Assembly: GCA_016200225.1 (NCBI GenBank)
Contig: JACQFD010000025.1
Location: 23,184 to 87,183, forward strand
Direction of reading: 5' to 3'
DNA from: Planctomycetota bacterium
Lineage (GTDB): Bacteria; Planctomycetota; UBA1135; JACQFD01
DNA length: 64,000 nt
Below are positions 9,167 to 18,142 of the stretch, piece after piece; positions within the stretch are counted from its first letter, which is position 1, and every line of letters begins with the position of its first letter. The notes beneath the pieces are model-generated. The model saw only the letters and a list, made by a program, of their open reading frames with translations, had not been told where the DNA came from and ran no database searches. Position numbers and translations under genes: made by a program.

Positions 9167-11863
9167 GTGGCAACGAGCAATCCATCTCCGCCAATGCCGT
9201 CGAATGCCGACTTCGCCGAGCAGGATTCGTGCATGCGCGCAATCGCTTTCGGATTATTAAGAAACGTCGACGACGCGGACGACGCCGCTCAGGACGCGTG
9301 GCTGGCGGCGGTCGCCGAGCCGGAATCGAAAATAAACATTCGCCGGTGGCTGGCAAATGTAACAAAACACTTCGCCATTCGAAAATTAAGATCCGACGCG
9401 AGGATCCGATCGCGCGAAACCAGGGCCGCGCGCGCCGACTCCGTTCCTTCGATCGCTACAATTATCGAACGCGAGGAGGCGCGGCAACGAATCCTCGCCG
9501 CCATTCTGAATCTCGAGGAACCATACAAAACGGCGATATTGTTCCGTTATTTTGAAAATCTGCCGCCGCGCGAAATCGCGGCCCGACTCGGAACGCCGGT
9601 CGAAACGGTAAAGTCCCGGCTGAATCGCGGACTCGCACAATTACGCAATAGTCTCTCGAAAACGCTTGGGATCGCGTGGGCCGACTGGTGTTTACAAATA
9701 GCCGAAGCGGGCCCGTCGGCGACCGCCGGTTTGTCGGCGGCGTCCGGCCATTCCTACATTTACTATTTATTGTTTATCATGAGCAAAAAAGTCCTCGTAT
9801 CTTCGGCGGCCGTCGCGCTCGCGATTCTCGCATGCTGTTTATTGTATTTTGGACCGCCGTTGCGAGAAACCGGATCCGACGTCTCGAAAGATACAAAACA
9901 GATCGCCATCGCTTCGCTGCCGTCCTCAAAAAATACAGATATTCATATCGATAAATCCGCGGCCGCGTCGAGGACCTCCATCGCCACAACCGGGAGTTCG
10001 CCGTCCAACGCCGACGCGGATTTCGCTTCGCTCGTGATTCGTGTACTTTGCGACGATCGCGCGCTGCCGGGAGTGACCGCCACCGTCGCGTGCTGGGGGG
10101 AATCCGAAGCGCTGCTGAACGCGCGCACGGTCGTCACCGATGCCGCCGGAAGAGCGCAATTGTTACATCTGGCGCCGGGTAATGTATCCGTGAAAACCGC
10201 GCTTGGCGCATCCGGGTACATCGAGCTTGTTCGCGGTCGCGAGAACACGCTGGATATTAAAATAGAAAGGGGCGTTTCCGTCCCCGGTCGAGTTGTTCAT
10301 TCAAACGATGAGCCCGTGCCCGGCGCATCTGTACTGTCGGAAGACGGACTAACTGTTGCGATCGCGGACAAAGCGGGACGATTTCTAATTGAATGCATCG
10401 CGGTGAATTCGAGTCTCATTGCGATCGCGCACGGCTATGCATGTTCGACGCGGACAGTCATACATAATCGGCGAAGTGACGATCCGCCGATCAAACTCGT
10501 GCTTTCGGGCCCGGGTTGCACGCTCTCCGGATCTGTAATTGATGGGGCCGGGCAGCCTGTTCGGGGATGCTCCGTGATGTTAATAAAGAAGTTTACAGAA
10601 ACCGATCCTGACAATATTCAAGGCAATCGAGCGGAGTCGCGCCGAATCATGCTTCGCACGGACGAGAACGGCTCGTTCATGACGGATAGTCTCGCGCAAG
10701 GTTCTATAACGTTGTGCGCCCGCGCCGCCGGGTACGCGCCGTCGAAAAAGAAGATTCGGATAAGTAACGATTCGCCGACGCGATGCGACATCGTGTTGGA
10801 AATCGGTTGCGTCGTGGAGGGCTCCGTATTTACAAAAAAAGGCGAGCCGGTCGCCGGGGCCAGCGTGGGGGTCGATCCCTACTGGATTGGCGAGGCTCCC
10901 GTCGCGTCGTCCGACGTGAATGGTAAGTTTAAACTGACGGGAGTTCCCGCCGGCGTCGTTAAATTAAATGCGACCGATCATCGCGGAGGCAACGCCGATA
11001 AAACCGTAACATTAGGAATCGGCGCGAATTATTTGTGGGAAGTCGTACTCTCCCGAGGCCCCGAAATCTCCGGTCAAGTCGTCGATGAATCCGGAAAACC
11101 GCTGCCCGGACTCTTTATCATTGTTCCAACGAATAAAGATGGAAATCTCTGGGCCAGCGACGCTGTCACCGATTCCGCTGGAAAGTTTATATTGCCGCAT
11201 TGCGCCCCCGGTCCGAATCGAGTGGAAGTCCGGGGAGACCAGTGGTCGCCGCTATCGTTTATGATCGCGAAAGATAATATTTATCCCGACATGGCGGATA
11301 CTATTATTGTCGTGCCCGCCGCGGCGGTTCCGAGCGCGTTTTTCGACGGCAAAATTGTGGACGAAAGCGGCGTTTCCGTGGCGGGGGCGCGCATTTGGAT
11401 CCGGGAATCCACAAGCGATTACGGTCCAACGTTTCCGGTCGAAGCGGAGACGGGTCGGTTTCACGCAGGTCCGCTCAAGAGCGGCGATTATGCAATAATA
11501 GTCATCACGCCCGGGCGACCGACTGTGAATCTCGGACGCAAATCCGCGCGTCCGCATGATATTACAGATCTTGGATCCATCATTGTCGAACACGGTGGGC
11601 AATTGCGCGTGCTCGTGAACGATAAGAATGGAAAACTGGTTGGTTTTTCCGTGATTTGTAATATTATCGATAAAGATGGTGTCCGTAAATTCACGACGAA
11701 CCGGGACAAGAACGGATATTACATTTCCGAGCCGCTCGCGCGCGGCAACTATCGCGTCAGCGTCGAGTGGAGCGTCAACGGCATCGACAAACCGCGCGCC
11801 GAAACGTGGGTCGACGTCCGAAGCGGCGCCGTCGCGGATGTTACAATTCAGCTCGATCCGTAA
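9167..11863 (+). CDS. ECF sigma-70 factor fused via a TM helix to carboxypeptidase-regulatory-like (prealbumin-fold) repeats
   Basis: Sigma2 (DADDAAQDAW) and sigma4 (EIAARLGTPVETVKSRLNRG), then a hydrophobic helix and repeated G.VvD..G.Pv.GA.V / TD..G.F motifs. Confidence 0.85.
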   Translation: MATSNPSPPMPSNADFAEQDSCMRAIAFGLLRNVDDADDAAQDAWLAAVAEPESKINIRRWLANVTKHFAIRKLRSDARIRSRETRAARADSVPSIATIIEREEARQRILAAILNLEEPYKTAILFRYFENLPPREIAARLGTPVETVKSRLNRGLAQLRNSLSKTLGIAWADWCLQIAEAGPSATAGLSAASGHSYIYYLLFIMSKKVLVSSAAVALAILACCLLYFGPPLRETGSDVSKDTKQIAIASLPSSKNTDIHIDKSAAASRTSIATTGSSPSNADADFASLVIRVLCDDRALPGVTATVACWGESEALLNARTVVTDAAGRAQLLHLAPGNVSVKTALGASGYIELVRGRENTLDIKIERGVSVPGRVVHSNDEPVPGASVLSEDGLTVAIADKAGRFLIECIAVNSSLIAIAHGYACSTRTVIHNRRSDDPPIKLVLSGPGCTLSGSVIDGAGQPVRGCSVMLIKKFTETDPDNIQGNRAESRRIMLRTDENGSFMTDSLAQGSITLCARAAGYAPSKKKIRISNDSPTRCDIVLEIGCVVEGSVFTKKGEPVAGASVGVDPYWIGEAPVASSDVNGKFKLTGVPAGVVKLNATDHRGGNADKTVTLGIGANYLWEVVLSRGPEISGQVVDESGKPLPGLFIIVPTNKDGNLWASDAVTDSAGKFILPHCAPGPNRVEVRGDQWSPLSFMIAKDNIYPDMADTIIVVPAAAVPSAFFDGKIVDESGVSVAGARIWIRESTSDYGPTFPVEAETGRFHAGPLKSGDYAIIVITPGRPTVNLGRKSARPHDITDLGSIIVEHGGQLRVLVNDKNGKLVGFSVICNIIDKDGVRKFTTNRDKNGYYISEPLARGNYRVSVEWSVNGIDKPRAETWVDVRSGAVADVTIQLDP

Positions 11864-11876
11864 TCGGCGGGGCGAT

Positions 11877-13505
11877 TTACTCCGCAATCATTGACTTTTC
11901 AGGCGTCGCCTCGGGCGGCTCGGGACGCTCGATCTCGGTCGGCCGCCGGCCGGCGGCGGCTTCGCGATCGAGGATCGCGAGCGTGTGATCATACAGTTCT
12001 TCGACTTGGTCGCGGCTGTTCGCGATCGCGGTCATGCCGAGTTTTCCGTATTGGGAAACGGCGCCGATCAAATGAAACAATACGCCGGATTCGCTGCGGT
12101 GATTGTAGTGAAGCTTGTCCAGCGTTAATATATCAATAATGTCCTCGGGCAGCAGTCCGCGATAATCCGGCGAACTTAAATTATCCGTCGCTTTATAATA
12201 TTTCGCCTGGCCGGATTGCGAATAGAACAATCCCGTTCCCGGATCGAGCTGGCCGCCGGTGAGGAATTGTAATGCAAGAAACGGATGCGTCGTGCCGCCC
12301 ATGCGAAGATTGATTTCGAGCGCGCACATGTTCCAATCGCGGCGGTCGTTCTCGCGCCAGACGAGAAAATCGACGCCGAAACGGCTCATGACGCCGTGGC
12401 GCGCGAGCACGTCGCCGACGCGCGCGCCGGCGTTTTGTATACGAATTCGATACTGATCCTGCGCCGGAAACGTGCACCCGAGAAAAACCTGTCCGCCCGG
12501 GCCGCCGAGAATTTGATCGTGCGTCGAAATAATCGAAACTTCCTGCTTCGGACTCACGCGAACCTGCGCGCTGGGCGATCGTTTTTCGTTCGCTTCGACG
12601 AATTCTTCGGCGATGCCGCCCATTTTAGTAAATTTACCGAAATACGAATCGTACGATTCGGTTTTTACGGCAAATTCGACGGCATCGAGCGCGCGCCGCA
12701 TGGAATCTTTATCTTTGCGCTCGGGATAACGAAAAAGCGCGTTGCCCTCGCCGCTGAAACTTTCATTTAATTTAACGACTGCGCGCTTCGCCTCGGGCCG
12801 TTTGCCGCGGATGTCGGCGAGCGCTTCGACGACCTCGTCGGTCGATTTTAAATCTTCGGCGCCTTCGGGAAGGGGAATTTCGGCCTCGCGAAAAACTTTG
12901 CGGCTGCCGCTCTTCGTCCCCAAATCGCACAATTGCGGATCGACGCCGTTCATCGGAATTCCAAGCAGCGCCGAGAGCCGCCGTTCGAGCGGCGTCGAAT
13001 TGAATACTGTTAAATACGCGCGATTCTTATCATCGATGCCGTCGCGGATTCGCTGGATCAGGCGCGGGCGCTCGAGAATTTTCTCGGTCAGCGAACGCGG
13101 CGACGCGTCGTACGCGCACAGGAGCGTGAGGCGCGCGCGCGCGTGGCTCGCCGGGATGCCCGCGAGAAACTGAAAGTAATATTCCAGAATCATCGGATGA
13201 ACGGGCTGCGATGTTACGTAAACCATCCGCGCCCTCGGATTGCGCAGGCGTATCAGTAAAAATAACAATCTTTCTTCATAAAACGACGCGCCGGCGATTT
13301 TTTGCAATTCCGACTGGTCGAGCGTCAGCGACGGAACGACGACGGATGTGTAGGCTTCTTCGTCGCGCGACATCACGGTCTGCCACATGACCTGCAGTCG
13401 CGGTTTCAGCGCCTGAAATGACGCCATCTCCTCTTCGAGGGACATCTGCCAGGGAAACGGAGGCTCGACGGAGGACATGGGGGGCGCGGTCCGCCCGGCA
13501 GTCAA
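11877..13505 (-). CDS. PGM1-related ATP-grasp peptide ligase family protein
   Basis: VVVPSLTLD...YEERLLFLL, VVKLNESFSGEGNA, SPSAQ, HDQILGG and EINLRMGGTTHP. Confidence 0.8.
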   Translation of the reverse strand: MTAGRTAPPMSSVEPPFPWQMSLEEEMASFQALKPRLQVMWQTVMSRDEEAYTSVVVPSLTLDQSELQKIAGASFYEERLLFLLIRLRNPRARMVYVTSQPVHPMILEYYFQFLAGIPASHARARLTLLCAYDASPRSLTEKILERPRLIQRIRDGIDDKNRAYLTVFNSTPLERRLSALLGIPMNGVDPQLCDLGTKSGSRKVFREAEIPLPEGAEDLKSTDEVVEALADIRGKRPEAKRAVVKLNESFSGEGNALFRYPERKDKDSMRRALDAVEFAVKTESYDSYFGKFTKMGGIAEEFVEANEKRSPSAQVRVSPKQEVSIISTHDQILGGPGGQVFLGCTFPAQDQYRIRIQNAGARVGDVLARHGVMSRFGVDFLVWRENDRRDWNMCALEINLRMGGTTHPFLALQFLTGGQLDPGTGLFYSQSGQAKYYKATDNLSSPDYRGLLPEDIIDILTLDKLHYNHRSESGVLFHLIGAVSQYGKLGMTAIANSRDQVEELYDHTLAILDREAAAGRRPTEIERPEPPEATPEKSMIAE

Positions 13506-13587
13506 TCGCGGCGCGCGCGGAACTTTATCAAATATACCAAACGGCGACGCCTCGTGCGACGCGGAATCGAACGCGCGGACGCGGCCG

Positions 13588-14409
13588 TTATTCTTTGTGT
13601 TTTCGTGGCGCGACGACCGGGCTGTCGATCAGTTTTTGAATGTTTGGATTAGCCTGCTCACGCATCCACGACTCCAAAATCGCATGCGCGCCGGGCTCCC
13701 GCGACAATTTGAGTCCCTGCGCGAGCGCCCAGCGGACTCCGTTGTTCGTCGTGGAATCGGAAAGCAGCGCCGCGACGTCCTCCAACGTTCGATCGCTTGC
13801 GTTGGCGGCAACGGCGCGCCCGGCGAAGACTCGGACCTCTTCGGAGCAACCGTCTCGAAGTGCAATATTAGAAATCAGAAATTCCTCGACAACGAGTTCG
13901 CCCAACGGGAGCGCGGCGATCGATTCGCTGCACGCATCGACGTCGAGCGGACACAATCCGGCGGCGACATCGCGAACAAAATCGACAAGCGATGGCGAGA
14001 GGCGCCCGTCCGGATTTTTTAGTAATTTTTCCGCCGATGCGAGACGCAATTCGGCCGACGCTAATTGTAATGTTCGCGCATTGCGCGCCGTCGGCGCCGC
14101 ACGGAGCGCGAGGGGTCGAACATGGTTAACAATCTGTTCGGTGCGCGCCGGCTCGTCCGTTAATTGTAATGTTTGCGCGCCGGGCTCTACAACTTTGTAC
14201 TCTTGATTGGGTATCAGTGAAACTGTGTCGTCGGCCGAAATTTGAACGGCGCTTCCGCCTGTGCCTGAGAGTGAAAATGCCACTGCCGCGGTGGCGAGTA
14301 CAGCCACCGCGACAGTGAAGATGATGCGCGAGCGCTTCCGCAGATTTGCTGAGTGTCGGACGCGAAGCGCTCGCGCAAGGAAGAGATCGTCCGGTACTCG
14401 CTTCAACAC
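13588..14409 (-). CDS. Membrane-anchored hypothetical protein with C-terminal HEAT-like repeats
   Basis: Starts 5 nt after the large cytochrome stop; N-terminal TM helix; EEVRVFAGRAV and GVRWALAQGL are HEAT-like. Confidence 0.6.
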   Translation of the reverse strand: MLKRVPDDLFLARALRVRHSANLRKRSRIIFTVAVAVLATAAVAFSLSGTGGSAVQISADDTVSLIPNQEYKVVEPGAQTLQLTDEPARTEQIVNHVRPLALRAAPTARNARTLQLASAELRLASAEKLLKNPDGRLSPSLVDFVRDVAAGLCPLDVDACSESIAALPLGELVVEEFLISNIALRDGCSEEVRVFAGRAVAANASDRTLEDVAALLSDSTTNNGVRWALAQGLKLSREPGAHAILESWMREQANPNIQKLIDSPVVAPRKHKE

Positions 14410-14413
14410 GTCT

Positions 14414-17400
14414 CTAGTTCTCGTACCCTACCGGCGGCACATACGGAGCACCCACCGCAACACCCTTCAGGTCGAAGTAGGCAGCCTGAAGGATGTTCAC
14501 CGCGAATCCCGTATTGTGGATTCCGCCGCTATTATCATTCTTGTTAAAGTCATAGTCATACGCAGCCTTGTAGAGCTGCTCCCACCGAGCCTGCTGAGTC
14601 GGCGTGAGTGCATCCCAGTCGGTCTGTTGCGTAGTACCGGCACCCGCAGGTCCGGGGAAAGTTCGCGATGTACCAGCCGCGTTCACATAGGAGACCTTGC
14701 TGCCGAACGACAGTGTGTAGGGTCCGCCGCCGATTCCCTTGGGAAGGGCCGCGTCGTTGACGCCGGCAAGTACCTCGGTCAACAGTTGGGCCGCGATTCC
14801 GGCGACTTCCTTCTGGACAGTCTCGGTCACGCCATTCCCGTCATAGTCGGCCCGAGCAGTGAACTCGAAGTCCGGACTCGCCGGGTGGCACTGTGCACAC
14901 GCGTTGGTGTGGTACTTCGGAACAGAGGTAATCGTCCAGCTGGTCGCCTGAGTCGTAGCATTGAAATTCGCCGCGGCCGTCACGGTCAAACTGTATCCGC
15001 TGTTCACGGAATTAATAACATAAGTGCCGGCATCGGAACCATTGGCAAGTGTGAGCTTGTCGCCGACAACGACCCATGTCAGGAAACTTGCTCCAGTCGA
15101 AACGGTGAACAACTTGGTACCCGCGGTCACGACGCCACCTGTATGTGTGGTCTCGTTTGCGACGAGTTTATTGTTGCCTTGTCCGTCTCCGCCCTGCGAC
15201 ATGTTCCAAGTGTGACTGCCCAAAGCCTGATACCCTGACTGTCCAGAGGTTGGCGCGGCATTCATGTGACATGTGATGCAACGCGCGTTCTCAGTCTGGC
15301 CGGGGACGATGAACTTACTATCGAGTCCATGCGGCGCGGATTTGTAGTTCCAACCCGGATAACGAACCGCGTTCGCCATCGTTAACATTTCCGCCGCGGT
15401 GCTATCGTGTGGCGCAACGCGAGTCGCCATGAAGCCTGTGCCAGGGGTGTAGTCCGTAGTATCTTTTCGACTCTGGTGGCACATGAAACATGCCGCTGCG
15501 CGACCTGCTTCGACCACTGTGCCGTCCATGAACTTCACTTGACCGATCAGACGGAGTTGTTGGCTTGAGCCACCTTCCGGTGTGCCCTCCGTAGGCTTGT
15601 GCGGATTGTGACACACGGCGCAGGACTGTGCGCGACGCTGCTCTTCCGGAACCGGTGGCAGTCCCGAAGGATCATTTGAAGAGAATACTTTGCGCGGCGC
15701 CGGGAGCGCTGCGCGAATCTTCATAGCCTCCACGGATCCCGACGCCTCGTGACATGGGATGCATGAAGAGTTGCCGCCTGGAGATACTACAACTTTCGCG
15801 TGTGCCGACAGATCCCACTGTGTCGGAAAACTGTGGCAGCGCGCGCAGACGCCTTCGTCATAACTCTTGCGAATACCCTTGGTGTCACCAATGTGCTGGC
15901 TGCCCGGTCCATGGCAGGCCTCGCATTGAACATTTGTAAACGCAGCGACGTCCGGGTGGTTATTCTTAAGATCGTCCCAAGTCAGGCCGACATGGTTGAA
16001 ATTCGCGACAGTTGCGCGATCGTCGAATCCCGCGTTCGAATAACTACCGGTCGAAGTGCTCGTGGAAGCGACAAGCGTGGTGAATGGTTGCGATGCATCG
16101 AACTGATTGGAGTAGCTGGTGCCAACACCTGTGTTGTGGAAACTGGTGAAAGTATTAATATCGCGCCAGTCTTCCTTGGCTTGAAACGCCGGCCAATCCG
16201 CGTCGGCTGGATCCATGGCTTCCTTGAGTACTCGAGAGTGCAGTGTTCCCTGCCACTCTTCTCGCATGTTCTCGAGGAAATTGATACTGCCTCCGTGGCA
16301 CGAACCACACTGGCCTTTCGCGGGATCCGGAGCCGTTCCCACGATTGTACCCACGCCGACATACTGTCCAACTGTAATGAAGAACGAGTAGTTATCGACG
16401 GTCGAACCGATGCCTCGAACGAGCACTACCGTGTACTGTCCGAGTTTCGTCGGAACAAAGAAAGGAGTCTGTTCCGTTGTCGACGAACCGAGTGCTGTCT
16501 TGTCGGGACGCGAGAGTGAAACCGAAGCGCCGGATGGATCGGTAACGTCCCAGTTCCAGTAGTCGGCGACCCACGCCTGATAGTCGAAGCCATTGGTCTT
16601 CGGACTGGTGTTGTCGCTCGCGTGTACCCAGAGAGTACCCGCGCTCCAGTACCACGATCCGGGAGTCGCCTCGACGAGTGCGACGGATGTCACTTGGACG
16701 ATGGGCTTTGTCTTCTCGCGCATCGAGCGAACGGTGGCCGCCTCGGCAATCTTGTAAGTGTACGTTTGTCCCGCTTCGAGAGCGAATGAAGAGGCGGACT
16801 CTTGCTTGCGGAATCCACCGCCGCTCAGGAACACCGGATCGCCCACCGCGACATTGTCAGTGCCATTGTTGGCCTGTCCGCAGCTCATGGTGACATCGTC
16901 CGAATCGGACACATCATCTGTAGTCGGAGCGGTGCCGACGTCGTCGGTGACCTTGATGTTGAATTGATAACGTCCCATCGCGGCGCTTCGAATTCCAAGA
17001 GTGCTTGGCTCGAGCGGAATAGGCAACAATGCTGGCAACTTGGGAGTTGTAAATGTGATCGTATTTGTAGTCGCGCCTGCGAGAGGCATTGCGGCCGGCG
17101 CGCCTGTCCATGAATAGGTCAATGCGCCCGTGGTAGTCCCGATGACGAGCGCGACAAGCGAATTGTTCGTTCCGTAACCGAGGAAGTACGGGAACTCATT
17201 CAGAATCGTCCAGCTCGCGGGCGTGGAACCGATGAAAGCCATCGGGCTATTCACTATCAGCGCGGTATTGCTGCTGACTTTATTAATTCTGTAAAAACCG
17301 TAGTCGACGCCGTCCAAAATAAACAATGTGTCGCCCGGTGCGACGCCCGATGCGATGAAGTTGGAGCCGCCCGTAATAGTAAAGTTCTTCGTTCCGGCCG

Positions 17401-17860
17401 CGGACGCGCCGCCTGTGGACGCCGTCTGCGACGCGCGGAACTTGCCCGCGCGGACGATGAACGGCCTGACGTGAACAGTAGCATTCGAAGTCGAGGACTC
17501 CGCGCCGTTTGAAACCGTCAATTGAAATGTCAAATCGCCGCTGACTCCGGGGGCGGTGAATGTCGGCGCGCCGGCAGTATTGTTAGAAAGGGCGACGGCC
17601 GGACCGCCGGTTTGCGTCCAAGAGAACGTCAGCGGTTTTCCGTTTTTATCATACGACGCGGTTGCATCGAGCCGGACGACGCCGCCGGGCGCGGCTTTCG
17701 CGGCTTGTCCCGCGGTGGCTATAACATTTGGCGATGTGACAGGCGGAGGAGCGGGCTTCGCGGCGGTGCCGCCTCCGCCCCCGCCGCAAGCGAACAATGC
17801 CAACGCTGCAAGACCCGATGATAAGAATAGACGGGAGTTTATGTTAAATTTAGCAATCAC
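14414..17860 (-). CDS. Large octaheme c-type cytochrome lipoprotein with PKD-like and accessory beta domains (putative cell-surface cytochrome)
   Basis: AGGAG RBS with GTG start; lipobox LFAC then a Gly linker; PKD-like LDATASYD..LTFSWTQTGGP; 8 CxxCH (CGSCH, CEACH, CARCH, CIPCH, CAVCH, CFMCH, CITCH, CAQCH); helical C-terminus with SGGIHN. Confidence 0.85.
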   Translation of the reverse strand: MIAKFNINSRLFLSSGLAALALFACGGGGGGTAAKPAPPPVTSPNVIATAGQAAKAAPGGVVRLDATASYDKNGKPLTFSWTQTGGPAVALSNNTAGAPTFTAPGVSGDLTFQLTVSNGAESSTSNATVHVRPFIVRAGKFRASQTASTGGASAAGTKNFTITGGSNFIASGVAPGDTLFILDGVDYGFYRINKVSSNTALIVNSPMAFIGSTPASWTILNEFPYFLGYGTNNSLVALVIGTTTGALTYSWTGAPAAMPLAGATTNTITFTTPKLPALLPIPLEPSTLGIRSAAMGRYQFNIKVTDDVGTAPTTDDVSDSDDVTMSCGQANNGTDNVAVGDPVFLSGGGFRKQESASSFALEAGQTYTYKIAEAATVRSMREKTKPIVQVTSVALVEATPGSWYWSAGTLWVHASDNTSPKTNGFDYQAWVADYWNWDVTDPSGASVSLSRPDKTALGSSTTEQTPFFVPTKLGQYTVVLVRGIGSTVDNYSFFITVGQYVGVGTIVGTAPDPAKGQCGSCHGGSINFLENMREEWQGTLHSRVLKEAMDPADADWPAFQAKEDWRDINTFTSFHNTGVGTSYSNQFDASQPFTTLVASTSTSTGSYSNAGFDDRATVANFNHVGLTWDDLKNNHPDVAAFTNVQCEACHGPGSQHIGDTKGIRKSYDEGVCARCHSFPTQWDLSAHAKVVVSPGGNSSCIPCHEASGSVEAMKIRAALPAPRKVFSSNDPSGLPPVPEEQRRAQSCAVCHNPHKPTEGTPEGGSSQQLRLIGQVKFMDGTVVEAGRAAACFMCHQSRKDTTDYTPGTGFMATRVAPHDSTAAEMLTMANAVRYPGWNYKSAPHGLDSKFIVPGQTENARCITCHMNAAPTSGQSGYQALGSHTWNMSQGGDGQGNNKLVANETTHTGGVVTAGTKLFTVSTGASFLTWVVVGDKLTLANGSDAGTYVINSVNSGYSLTVTAAANFNATTQATSWTITSVPKYHTNACAQCHPASPDFEFTARADYDGNGVTETVQKEVAGIAAQLLTEVLAGVNDAALPKGIGGGPYTLSFGSKVSYVNAAGTSRTFPGPAGAGTTQQTDWDALTPTQQARWEQLYKAAYDYDFNKNDNSGGIHNTGFAVNILQAAYFDLKGVAVGAPYVPPVGYEN

Positions 17861-17950
17861 GACAGGTGCTCCTATTCAATAAGGCGTCGAGAACGCCCGG
17901 ACATCATTGTAATAATTAGCTGGTTTCGGAGTTGAATAGCTTGTAATTGG

Positions 17951-17965
17951 TCAAGATCCGTGCCG
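17951..17965 (-). promoter_or_regulatory. Sigma-54-like -24/-12 element upstream of the surface cytochrome
   Basis: Minus strand reads CGGCACGgatcTTGA (GG-N10-GA, a variant -12). Confidence 0.45.
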
Positions 17966-18031
17966 CGATCGGCCGCTCGTCGATGGGAATCGTTTTCCAC
18001 GAGTCCTTGAAACATAAGAGGTTATGAAAGA

Positions 18032-18067
18032 CGCCTCCCGTCGCACTTTGCGATGTTTCGGGAGGCG
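18032..18067 (-). terminator. Hairpin, probable terminator after the HAO-like gene
   Basis: cgcctcccg...cgggaggcg 9-bp stem with an inner tcgca/tgcga helix, followed by TCTTT on the minus strand. Confidence 0.5.
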
Positions 18068-18142
18068 CCATTGACCTGTGTCATACGTGTGTCACGAAGC
18101 GCAACGACTCCGGACACATCGGTCTCGCCGCGCGGCGAAGCA

